This document shows, piece by piece, positions 26,820 to 37,987 of a DNA stretch of 64,000 bases; position 1 is the stretch's first letter; every line of letters starts with the position of its first letter. The notes under the pieces were generated by a model. The model searched no databases, was not told the origin of the DNA, and saw nothing but the letters and a program-made list of their open reading frames with translations. Source of the DNA: Dictyostelium discoideum (lineage: Eukaryota); the NCBI GenBank assembly GCA_000004695.1, contig CM000151.3, positions 5,504,001 to 5,568,000 on the forward strand, written 5' to 3'. Made by a program: the position numbers and the translations under genes.

Positions 26820-27034
26820 TTACTTCATTAACATTTGGAAGTGAAAAATTAATGTTGAGAGATGATCTTAGTTTTTGGGGTGTAAATAAAGTAATTTCAC
26901 CAAATTTAAATAATAATTTTACAACAATTTTCTCATTACCATCTTATTCATTACCAATTTCACCAGGCAAAACTTATGAATTTGGTTTCATTATTAAAGG
27001 TTCAACAACAATTCCAATTTTCAAAATATTTTAA
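26051..27034 (+). CDS. Hypothetical secreted Asn-rich protein, 327 aa.
   Basis: The N-terminus MNSFIKNIIVLIIIIFFFLNEIKSSE looks like a signal peptide. There are several N-glycosylation sequons and long poly-N stretches. I recognise no homology. Confidence 0.5.
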
Positions 27035-27039
27035 TTTTA

Positions 27040-27073
<34 letters not shown>

Positions 27074-27109
27074 AAGAAAAAAAGAAAAAAAAAAAAAAAA
27101 AAAAAAGTT

Positions 27110-27270
27110 TAAGTAAAAAAGGGAAAGAACTATGGTTCACCTGTCTTTTCCTACCAAAAAATAAAAGTAAAAGTAAAAAAGGTTCGCCGGTCTTTTCCAA
27201 CCAAAAAATAAAAGTAAAAGTAAAAAAGGGAAAGAAACATGGTTCGCCTGTCTTTTCATACCAAAAAATT
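27110..27270. promoter_or_regulatory. About three tandem copies of a ~60-bp unit containing GGTTCGCC(T/G)GTCTTTTCC...ACCAAAAAATAAAAGTAAAAGTAAAAAA, upstream of the sedolisin gene.
   Basis: Direct repeats are visible. The units are relatively GC-rich for this genome. They sit about 150-300 bp upstream of ATG 27426. Confidence 0.5.
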
Positions 27271-27425
27271 TTTCTTTAGAATTTTCAAAATTTTTTGGTT
27301 GAAATTTGTTTTAATTTTTTTTTTTTTGTTTTTGAGCTTGTCACCGTTCCATTTTTTTTTTTTTTAATCAAAAAATTAATTTTTTTTTTTTTTTTTTTAA
27401 ATCAAAAACATAAAAAAAACAAATA

Positions 27426-27975
27426 ATGAATAAAATTAATTTATTTATAATTTTAACAATTTTAATTAATTGTTATTTTGGTATTAATCAAGTTAATGGT
27501 AAATTTCATCAAGAATTAGGATGGAAACAATCATTAACAAGAGAATTTATTGATCCAAATACACCAATCACTTTTAGAATTTATGTAAAACAACAAAATT
27601 TTGAACAATTAAAAATCAAAGTTCGTGATGTTTCAGACCCACACTCAAACAACTATGGTAATTATTTAAGTGTTGATGAAATTACATCAATAATTTCACC
27701 ATCAAAAGAATCATTAACCTTAATTGAAAAATGGATTCAACCATTCAATCCAATTGAAATTGAATACAATGATAATCAAGATTGTATGTTCATTACAATG
27801 TCAAAACAAAATATTGAAAAATTAATGAATATTAAAATCTTTAAATTTATTCATCAAAATGGTAAAATCATTCTTCGTTCACCAATTGATCCAATTATTC
27901 CTTCAAATTTATTAAAACATATTGATTTAATTACTGGTATTAGTCATTTCCCAGTTTGTAAGTTTTATTATTATT

Positions 27976-28013
<38 letters not shown>

Positions 28014-29708
28014 AACTTATTTATTTATTTATTTATTTATTTATTAAGATAAGTTAAAAAATAAAATAAATTCTTTATCTTCATCATCATCTTCATCATC
28101 AGAAGGTTTACAAATTATTAGTATTAAAGGTACAGGTGAATTTTTAACAGTTGAATATCAACCATCATGTTCACCAAATTGTAATGGTAAATATTTCCCA
28201 ATGGATGTTACAGTTAAAGCATTGAATCAAGTAATTAATAATACAATTACTACAAGTAATGTTGCACCAAGTTGTACAGTTACAGATGGTGTACCAGTTT
28301 GTAAAGTTTCAGCAAATTCATTTGTTTATCAACCAAGTGAAGTTTCAATAACAGATACAGTTTCAAATCAAGTATTAACATGGGATCATCCAATTGTTTC
28401 ATTACCAATTGTATTACCACAAACTATTAAACAATATTACGGAATTCCAAACCATTATCAAGTTAGTCACCCAAATGCAACTCAATGTGTTGTTGAATTT
28501 GAACAACAATATTATTCACCAACTGATTTAGAACAATTTTTCAATAGTATGGGTTTACCAACCAATGTAAGTGTAAATGTAATTGGTTACAATGACGAAA
28601 CCAATCCAGGTGTTGAAGCATCATTAGATATTCAATATTTAATGGGTGTTGCTCCAAATGCACAAACTACATTTTGGTCAATCTATGCAAATACTTCCGC
28701 TGAAATTGATGATATCCTTCAATGGGCAGTTGCAATTTCAACCCATCCAAATCCACCATTAGTTAACTCCTTATCTTATGGTATGACTGAAGGTAATGTT
28801 GACACATATTTAGGTAATGGTTATATGGCAAGATCTGAAGTTGAATTTGCTAAATTAGCTGCTAGAGGTTTAACAGTTGTAATTGCAAGTGGTGATAGTG
28901 GTGCTTATGATTTAGGTGGTCCACCAATGGGTGCTAATGGTTGTGAAAATGTAAATCCAATTTTTATAATCTCTCTCTCTCTCTTGTATATACATATATT
29001 AATAATTTTTTATTTTTATTTTTTATTTTTATTTTTTAGGCAAGAGGTGATTGGCCATCAAATTCAGAATATGTTAGTGCAGTTGGTTCAATTTATTTTA
29101 CACCATATTCAGCACCAATTTGTTATGATTCAGTTTCAAGTGGTGGTGTAAATTGTCAATCACTTCCAATTGGTGAAGTTGGTGTTTCAATTGATTATGG
29201 TACAATGTGGACATCAGGTGGTGGTTTCTCAAATTTCACAGAGACTGCTTACTATCAAAAAGATTTCGTAAATGAATATTTAAATAAATTAAAAGAATTG
29301 GATGTTTCACCACCATCAAATCTTTTCAATTCAAATGGTAGAGCATATCCAGATTTTTCAACAGTTGGTAAGAATTTATATGTTATCAATGGTGGTGAAT
29401 GGTTATCAGTTGATGGTACATCTGCTTCTGCACCAATCTTTGCTGGTATGATTACAATTCTCAATGATATTAGATTAAATAAAGGTTTACCACAATTAGG
29501 TTTCCTTAATCCATTATTCTATCAAATCGCAAGAACAAATCCAGAAGCTTTCTATGATGTCGTCGTTGGTAATAATCGTTGTGGTCTCTCTGATTCTACT
29601 CCAGTTTGTTGTGATTTCGGTTATACTGCTACAACTGGTTTCGATACTGTTTCAGGTTTAGGTAGACCAGATATGTCTGTTTTAATGGAAATTATTGATC
29701 AATATTAA
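27426..29708 (+). CDS. Tripeptidyl-peptidase I / sedolisin (S53 family), about 700 aa. Three exons: 27426..27957, 28049..28950, 29040..29708.
   Basis: There is a signal peptide plus an S53 pro-domain (MNKINLFIILTILINCYFG...LSVDEITSIISPSKESL...). The catalytic domain reads VIASGDSGAYDLGG and the active-site Ser is in GTSASAPIFAGMITILND...LGFLNPLFYQ, as in human TPP1 (GTSASTPVFGG...LGFLNPRLYQ). Donors are GTAAGT at 27958 and GTAAAT at 28951. Acceptors are AG at 28047-8 and 29038-9. Phases are consistent, and the total length of 2103 nt is divisible by 3. Confidence 0.8.
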
Positions 29709-29837
29709 AAAATAAAATAAAATAAAATAATCAAAAAAAAAGTTTATGAATAATTATTAATCTTTTATTTTTTTTTTTTTTTAACAAACAAAATCATTTT
29801 TTTTTTTTTTTTTTTTTTTTTAAAACAAATTAAAATA

Positions 29838-29868
<31 letters not shown>

Positions 29869-29869
29869 T

Positions 29870-32035
29870 TTAAATATTTGGTGACATAATTAAAGAACCA
29901 ATTGAAATTGCAGGATTAATTTTATGAGCATATTTCCAAATTTTCTTTTGTAATAATTCAGGACCACCAAATTCAACATCCAAGATTGGATATTGTCTAA
30001 CATAAGGAGATGGATACTGAACACCTGCTTCAATTGCATTACCAAGATTTTCGTAATATTTAATATCTTTTTTAGTGGTGGCACCATCTTGATTGAAAAT
30101 GATAGCTTTTGCTTCTTCATCCCAAGCTTTCCAATGAACGTATGCATGAGAGAAAACAGCCTGATAAATGATAAATATTGAACAATCTCTAAGATCTTGA
30201 ATATTTTTAATTTCATTTGCACTTTTATCAGCATTTAAACAATGTTGAACTAAATCATCTGAAACCAGTTCAATTTCATTCCATACTTTTAGAGTATCTT
30301 CTTTATTCTCTAAAAACCATTCATCAACATATTCAGTGATTGCGTCCCAAATGGCTTGACTGGAGGTATCATAAACATGACCTTTAATTTTATCATTAAT
30401 TGGTGTTGGTCTCCATTTATAAGTTGTTTGACTGAATCTCTTTTGTAGCATTTGAACTTGACCTTCATATGTGAAAGCAGCAGCTTGAGTGACAACACCA
30501 TCAAGCATCGGTCTTACCACTAACCAATTATTAAATATTACACCATCGAAATGTGGATAAAGTAATTTCTTTATTGGATTATTTATAATATTTCTATAAA
30601 ATGCCATATTAAACATTTCCACAACAAAATGTACACCAACATGACCCCAATTAATATTATAATTAAATTCAACCATCATATATTTAACTTTTAAATCATT
30701 CCATTCTTTTGAATCATCAGCTTGTTGAACTATCCATCCATCATCACCATCACCATCACCATCACCATAATCATTCATTCTATATGCAATTGATTTTATA
30801 ATTAATTCATTTTCATTATCTTCATCATTATCATTATGATTTTCATTTTCCTTAAGTTTAAATCTACAACATGTTTCTTTTGGAAACCAAACATCTTGTT
30901 TTAATTCATATCCTGATAAATCCAATCTTAATTCATAGTTCCATTCACCATAGTTATTCTCTTTACAACTTTCAACTCTAACGAAATCATTGTATGGTCT
31001 ATTTGAGCCATTCAATCTTCTAGAGGTGAAAAGTTGGTCAGATACAATACTATTGTAAATTCCATTCTCGGCTGATCTAGTTTGAATATTTGGTGGTAAC
31101 ATCTCCATTGAATTCTTTTCACCACGTAGTAACCAATAGACTATAACAAATGCTACTACCATTTCATTAAATTCATCATGATGTACAAAACTGTCACTTG
31201 GCATTGCAAATTTTGGTATCTTTAAATCTGGATCAAATACTGGTAGCCTATCCCAATATCTTAATCCAAACTTTGCTACTGGTTCAATCGTTACTTCAAA
31301 TTCAATATTACCAATAACTTTTTCGCTTTGTGTCATCATTTCAACAATTGGTTCTAAAAATTTAATATTTTTTTTTTCCATTGAATTACCAATAATATCT
31401 TTACCAATTTTAACACTAATAATTGATTCTGTTGAATTAAATAAAATTTTATTTTCTTTTATAATTTTTAAATTAATTATAATTCCATTATTTCCAATTT
31501 TTTCCATTAAACTATATTATTAATTATTTTTTTAAAAAAAAAAAAAAAAAAAAAATTAATTAAGAGAAATAATTTTAAAATAAAAAAATAAAAATAAAAA
31601 CTTACAATTCCATTTTTGGATCATCAATCCAACTTGAATTAAATGATTTAAATCTGGATTCTGAAATTTGAGGTGTTGTATTTGATCCTTCTACTTCAAC
31701 TTCAATATGATAGTTTAAAGGATCATTAAATTTTGTTCTAATAACTTTTTTTTTTTTTTTTTTTTTTTTTATTTTATTAGTAAATTTTTTAATTAATATA
31801 ATAAAATAAAAATAAAAATAAAAATTAAAGAATAAAATAAATAAAAAATAATAAAAAAATTACTTTTTACAGTTGCAATCATTGGTATTAAATTTAATTG
31901 ATTTGATTTTTTATCTAAATATAAATCTAATATTTCTTTTCTTGTAGCTTTTCTAGCTTGTTTATCTGAATAATTAATTAATGATAATAAAAAATCTCTT
32001 GATACTTTATTAATTTTATTATTAATAAACTCCAT
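29870..32035 (-). CDS. Lipoxygenase-like protein, putative, about 650 aa. Three exons: 32035..31864, 31744..31606, 31511..29870.
   Basis: The catalytic-domain motifs resemble lipoxygenases. WGHVGVHFVVEMFNMAF resembles the His-rich helix, KKLLYPHFDGVIFNNWLVVRPMLDGVV resembles the conserved KLLHPHFRxTMxINALAR, and AVFSHAYVHWKAWDEEA resembles HAAVNFGQY. The C-terminus ends in ...SPNI*; LOX use the C-terminal Ile carboxylate as an iron ligand. The two short 5' exons (about 104 aa) plus the start of exon 3 could form a PLAT-like beta-sandwich (NYHIEVEVEGS, IGNIEFEVTIE). Splice phases 1 and 2 are consistent with GTAATT and GTAAGT donors. Confidence 0.45.
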
Positions 32036-32188
32036 TTTTATTTCTTTTTATTATTTTTTTTTTTATTATTTTTTTTTAATGTGAATATATTAATGTTTGA
32101 TGGTGAGGTGAGATTTAATTGATTTTTTTTTTTTTTTTGGTTTTTTTTTTTTTTAATTTCATTTAATTTTATTTTATTTTTATTATTT

Positions 32189-32220
<32 letters not shown>

Positions 32221-32596
32221 TTTTTTTTGTAGTTTCCTTTTTTTTTTTTTTTTTTTTTATTTATTTTCCTTTTTTTATTTCTTTATTCCTTAGTATTTTT
32301 CTATTAAACTATGGTAGTGGCATAGTATATTTATATCTATAATTTCTCATAAAACAATTATTAATAAAAAAAAATAAAAAAATAAAAACTTAATTGTCAA
32401 CCTATTTACTTTTCTTTATTGATTTTAAAGTGGTTACCCCCATTTTTAAAAAATTTTTTTTTTTATTTTTTTATTTATTTTTTTATTTATTTTTTTTTTA
32501 ATTATCATAAAAAATGTTTAAAATAATTATTTATATTTTCATCATTGGGCGCCATCATATTATTATTTATTAAAAAAAAAAAAAAAAATAAATGCT

Positions 32597-32786
32597 TTGA
32601 AAATGAATAATAATAATAATAATAAAAAATTAAATAAAGAAAATTTAAATGAAATTGAAAATTGGAATGAAATAGAGTTAACAGATTATAAGAAACAAGG
32701 TTTAGATGAAGGTACATCAAGTAATATTTATTTATTTGAAAGTAATGGTAATGTTGTTAATGGTAGTATTGAAGATTCACCAAAGC

Positions 32787-32857
<71 letters not shown>

Positions 32858-34492
32858 AATATAATATCATCAGATGAGGAAATTGAAGATAAACCATTTC
32901 AAGATAGAGATAGTAATATTGGTGATGGTAGTGATATCGATAGTAGTGGTGATTCAATCGATATAGAGAATACTGATTATTCAATATTGGTACCATTCGA
33001 AGATGAAGAAAACAACAATGGAAGTAAAAGTAAATTTTCAATTAAAAAATTAAAATCATTTTTAGGACCTGCATTATTTATATCGGTGGGATATATGGAT
33101 CCAGGTAATTGGGCAACAGATTTAGAAGGTGGGTCAAGATTTGGGTATCAATTAATGTGGGTATTATTATTTTCAAATATTATGGCACTATTTTTACAAA
33201 CTTTGGTGATAAAATTAGCATTGGTGACAAAGAATGATTTAGCTCAACAATGTAGAAAAGAGTATAGTAAAACCGTGAATATATTCCTATGGTTAATATT
33301 AGAGTTGGCAATAATTTCAACAGATTTAGCAGAGGTTATTGGTACAGCAATTGGTTTGAATATTCTATTTGGCTTACCGTTGATTGCAGGCGTTGCTATC
33401 ACTTCATTGGATACTCTACTGTTTTTAGCCATTCAAAGATGGGGTATTAGGAAATTGGAATTGTTAATTCTATTACTTTTATCAATGATAACAATGTGTT
33501 TTGTGATAGAACTTTTCCTTAGCAAACCAATTGCGTCCGAGGTTTTCTCTGGTTTCGTGCCAAGGTTAAATAGTGATAGTGTTATGGTTGCAACTGGCAT
33601 CGTTGGTGCTACCACTATGCCCCATAATTTGTTTTTACATGGTAGTGTGGTGAAATCAAGAAAGATTCCAAACGATCGTAGAAAATCAGTGATCAAACAA
33701 GCTTACCGTTATAACGTTATCGATACGGTTTTGGCTTTGAATTGTGCATTCTTTGTTAATATCGCAATATTAATGTTGGCTGCCTCTGTCTTTTGGAAAT
33801 CAAATATCCAAGTAACCGAATTGTCAGAGGCCTATAGATTATTAACTAAATTAATGGATGGGAAATTAGCCGCAGTTTTATTTGGGTTGGGTTTGTTCTT
33901 GGCTGGTCAATCCTCAACTATCACCGGTACAATGGCGGGCCAAATAGTTATGGAAGGTTTCATAAAATTAAGAATTAAACCTTGGTTAAGAAGATTCATA
34001 ACTCGACTTTTGGCTATAATCCCCGCCGCTATTGTTATCATTGTTTTAGGTGACAAAGGTACCTATACCCTATTAATTATCTCACAAGTGCTTTTATCAA
34101 TTGGTTTACCTTTTGCTGTGGTCCCCTTAATCATTTTCACAAGTTCTTACGAAATAATGGGTGAATTTAAAAATAGGTTGTCAATTATTATTATCAATTC
34201 AATAATTGCTCTATTCATTATTGGTTTAAATTTAGCAACTATTTTTCAATTAATTAATGATTTCCTTCATAATGATTCAATAATTTCAAAATGTTTAACA
34301 ATTATCTTTTTAATCCCTTTATCAATTGCTTTATGTTGTTTATTATTATGGTTAATAATTTCTAAAATTAATTTCTTTACAAATTTATTATCAAAAATTT
34401 TTAATAATAATAATAATAATAATAATAAAAATATTATAAATAATAATAATAATTATTCTGGTAATACAATTAATAATCAAACTATACAATAA
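32597..34492 (+). CDS. nramp2: Nramp-family divalent metal (Fe2+/Mn2+) transporter, 631 aa, with a poly-Q N-terminal extension.
   Basis: The Nramp signature is GPALFISVGYMDPGNWATDLEGGSRFGYQLMWVLLFSNIMALFLQ, containing the DPGN motif. It is followed by multiple TM helices and the consensus transport motif region ATGIVGATTMPHNLFLHGS. The size and the Q-rich N-terminus fit the longer Nramp paralog. The symbol assignment is tentative. Confidence 0.85.
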
Positions 34493-34591
34493 ATTAAAAA
34501 AATAAAAAATAAAAAATTTAATATGTGTGAAATAATAATTTATTATTTAATTTAACAAAGATGTAATGTTGTCTTTTTTTGAATTTTACAT

Positions 34592-34990
34592 TTAATTACA
34601 ACCACATGAGCCACCACTTGGTAACATTGAGGATGGATTCATAGCAACTGATGCATCAACCATAACAGTAACTGGAATATGAGAGACCTTACCTGCTCCA
34701 GTGTTTGCAACATTTCCAATTAAGGATCCCATTGGGTTTGAACTACCACCACATTCACCACATGCAATTTTATTGCTACCAAATGAAATTGCTGAATTTC
34801 TGCCTGATCCAATTGATGATGATGAGGATGATTTAATGTTACCAATTTTAGAGATTGAAGCTTTAATATTATTTTTTAAAATTTGGAAAATAATAAAAAA
34901 AAAAAAAAAAAAAAAAAAAATTAGGAATTTATTGATTAATCTTTTTTTAATAAATAAGGTATTTTAAAATACTTTACCAATTATTGTCAT
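34592..34990 (-). CDS. HssA/B-like (hssl family) small Gly/Ser-rich protein. Two exons: 34990..34978 and 34860..34592.
   Basis: Exon 1 is ATGACAATAATTG (MTII + 1 nt), with donor GTAAAGT and acceptor AG at 34862-1. The product is MTIIASISKIGNIKSSSSSSIGSGRNSAISFGSNKIACGECGGSSNPMGSLIGNVANTGAGKVSHIPVTVMVDASVAMNPSSMLPSGGSCGCN*. The total of 282 nt is divisible by 3. Confidence 0.75.
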
Positions 34991-35447
34991 TTTTTAAAGT
35001 TTTAAAGATTATTTTTTAATTTTTGATTTGAAATATAAATAAAAACAAAAAAAAAAAATATTTATACCTTTAAAAAAAAAAAAATAAAAATAAAAAAAAA
35101 AATAAAAAAAAAAAAAAAAATAAAAAAAAAAAAAAAAATAAAGTAAAAATAAATTTGTAATCAGATTTAAAAAAAAATAGTAAATAAATCTAAAAGTGGT
35201 AAAAATTAATTACCCCATTAATTAATTTAATTTTATTTTTAAAATAAAATTAAAATAATCTAAAATAAAATAATAACAAATAATGATAAAGGAGAATTGG
35301 AAAAGATTATTGATTTTTTTTTTTTTAAATTAAAAAAATAAAATTTATATTTCAAATTTTTAAACTCATGGTTATATTTAAAATAATACATGATTATAAT
35401 ATTTTTAAAAATATAATTTTATTAATTTTATTTTAATTTTATTATGT

Positions 35448-35792
35448 TTATTCGCAACCACATACACTATGTATATAAATTGTTTCACCTGTTGCAGAAA
35501 CAGCTGGGTGATAAACAACCTGTTTATTATTATTTCCACCCAAACTTCCCAATAAACCGCCCAATAAATTATTAGCACCAAATAAACCAGATCCAGAGTT
35601 TGATTCACATTTTTTTTTTTTTGATGAATATAAAGATATAAAATTATTATTTGATATTGACCCACCACCAATTGAAAATTTCTTTGGGTTACTAATTTTA
35701 ATTATTGATCCTAATTATTTTAAAATAATTAAATTAGTATTATTTTTTTATTTAATTTTTTAGATTTATAAATAATTACCTATTATTGTCAT
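35448..35792 (-). CDS. HssA/B-like (hssl family) small protein, a divergent member ending in CGCE. Two exons: 35792..35780 and 35710..35448.
   Basis: Exon 1 is ATGACAATAATAG (MTII + G), with donor GTAATT and acceptor AG at 35712-1. The product is MTIIGSIIKISNPKKFSIGGGSISNNNF...KKKKCESNSGSGLFGANNLLGGLLGSLGGNNNKQVVYHPAVSATGETIYIHSVCGCE*. The total of 276 nt is divisible by 3. Confidence 0.65.
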
Positions 35793-35854
35793 TTTTAATT
35801 ATGGGTTTTATTTTTATTTTTTTTTTCTATTTTAAAAACAATTAATAATAATTA

Positions 35855-35901
<47 letters not shown>

Positions 35902-36593
35902 AATAAATAAATAAACTCTTCTAGTAATGGTTAATTTAAATTTTTAATAGTAAAATTAACCATTTTAAAATATTCTTTTATTTTTATGAAAAGATTTTCA
36001 AAAAAAAAAAAAAATTTTATTTTTTAAACATTGAAATAAAAACAGGTTAACAAATTTTACATATTTCAATTATTTAATTAATTATTTTTACAATTCCACA
36101 TTAGGAAATAAAATTTTACTCTAATTTTTTATTTTAAAAGTTAAGTTCTTTTTTTAAACACTCTACAATTTTGTAAAAAATAAAATTTTTTTATTTTAAC
36201 ACTATTCCCCCAATATCGTGGTTTAAATTAAATATTAATAAAATCTAAATTAATTGAGCAATAATTATCATTTTTAAAAAAATAAAAAAAAAATAATTTT
36301 AATAATATTAAAAAATTCTTTTCATATTACTATAATTAAATAAAAAAAATAAAAAGTCCACAATCAAAATTTGAAAACATCAATTAAACAATATTTTTTT
36401 TAAGTTTTTTTAAATAAGATTTAATAGATGTGGGTTCAAAATGGAAATTCATAATTTTACTAAACAAAATGTCAAAAAACAGTTTTAAATAATAGATATT
36501 TTTAAAAAATTAATGTTTATGAAATAGTAATGTTATAATTTTATCTAGTGTTAATGTTTTTTTTTTTTTTTTTTGAATAAAAAAAATAAAAAT

Positions 36594-36740
36594 CTAATTG
36601 CAACCACATGCACATGGTCCCATCATTGAACCTGTTTGTGGTCCCATTCCACCACCAACATTGACACCACCATTTGGAGAACCACCCAAGCCACCTAATA
36701 AACTTCCAAGTAAACCTTTATTTCCTCCTAACACACAAAT
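36594..36740 (-). pseudogene. Truncated 3' fragment of an hssl-family gene. It is homologous to the 37223..37593 paralog from GGNKGLLG onward.
   Basis: The minus strand encodes ...GGNKGLLGSLLGGLGGSPNGGVNVGGGMGPQTGSMMGPCACGCN* (stop TAG at 36594). Homology to the neighbouring gene starts abruptly at TTAGGAGGAAATAAAGG. The upstream sequence is unrelated, and no ATGACAAT first exon lies within about 450 bp. Confidence 0.5.
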
Positions 36741-37184
36741 TTGGAAATAATAAATTATAATTTAAAATGTTGATGAAAAATTTAATATTGTTTTGATTTT
36801 GCTGAATCAAATGAATTATTTTTCATTCTCAACATAATTATTTTGATAGGTTGGAATAATATGTGTCCATTTTAAATAAATCTCAATATTTTTCTATTAG
36901 ATATTGTTCTTTTTTCATTCAATAGTAAATATCAAACCTTTAAATTAATTACATTTAAGTAAACTTAAATTTTTATAAACCACTTTAATATGATTGAATT
37001 ATACAACTTAATAGAAATTTGAAAATAAAATTTAGATGTATTATAAGTTTGTATTTATTGAAAATGAAAATTCATTTTTTAATCATTTTAAATTTTTTAT
37101 TTAAGATTTAAACATATGATTTCTTTTTTAAAATAATGTTAATGGAAAAGTAATTTTATAATTTTATTTTAATATTAATGTTAA

Positions 37185-37217
<33 letters not shown>

Positions 37218-37222
37218 AAAAT

Positions 37223-37593
37223 TTAATTACAACCACAATAATTTGGTTGACCTCCTCCCATCATTGAACCTGTTTGTGGTCCCATTCCACCGCCAATATT
37301 GACACCAACTTTTGAATTTGGAGAACCACCTAAACCGCCTAGTAAACCAAGTAAACCTTTATTTCCTCCTAATAAACCAGAACCAGAGCCTGAACTACCT
37401 CCGCATGAAACACTATTTGAACCAAATTTAAATGCAGCACTAACAGTTGAAACAGAGCCAGTAGTTGATTGTTTTGGATTTGATAAAGTAATGATTGATG
37501 CTATTTAAAAAAATTAATTAGAAGTTGAAATTAAAAAAAAAAACCAAAACAAAAAAAGATTAAAAAAAAAAAAAATTTACCAATGATTGTCAT
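37223..37593 (-). CDS. HssA/B-like (hssl family) small Gly/Ser-rich protein. Two exons: 37593..37581 and 37500..37223.
   Basis: Exon 1 is ATGACAATCATTG, with donor GTAAAT and acceptor AG at 37502-1. The product is MTIIASIITLSNPKQSTTGSVSTVSAAFKFGSNSVSCGGSSGSGSGLLGGNKGLLGLLGGLGGSPNSKVGVNIGGGMGPQTGSMMGGGQPNYCGCN*. The total of 291 nt is divisible by 3. Confidence 0.7.
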
Positions 37594-37686
37594 TTTAAAT
37601 TGGTATTTTTAATATATTTTTTGAAGTATTAAATTAAGTTTTTGATTTATAAAATAAAATTTTTTTTTTGTTCTTTTATACCTTTA

Positions 37687-37725
<39 letters not shown>

Positions 37726-37987
37726 ATAATAAGGATTTGGATTTGGTGGAATAAATAAAAAAATAAAATAATAAGGCCACCTTTGGTAAGTAAACACTAG
37801 CAATTTTAAAATTATTTTATAAACCATGAAATTTTTGTATTTTTAACTTTAAAAAACATTATTTCTTACCCCCTTTATTAATAATTGTTACTTTTTTTTA
37901 AAAAGATACACAAACACACAAACTTGTAAAAATTAATTTTACTATTTTTTTTTTCTTTAAAAATATAGGTGATAAATTAAAATATTA

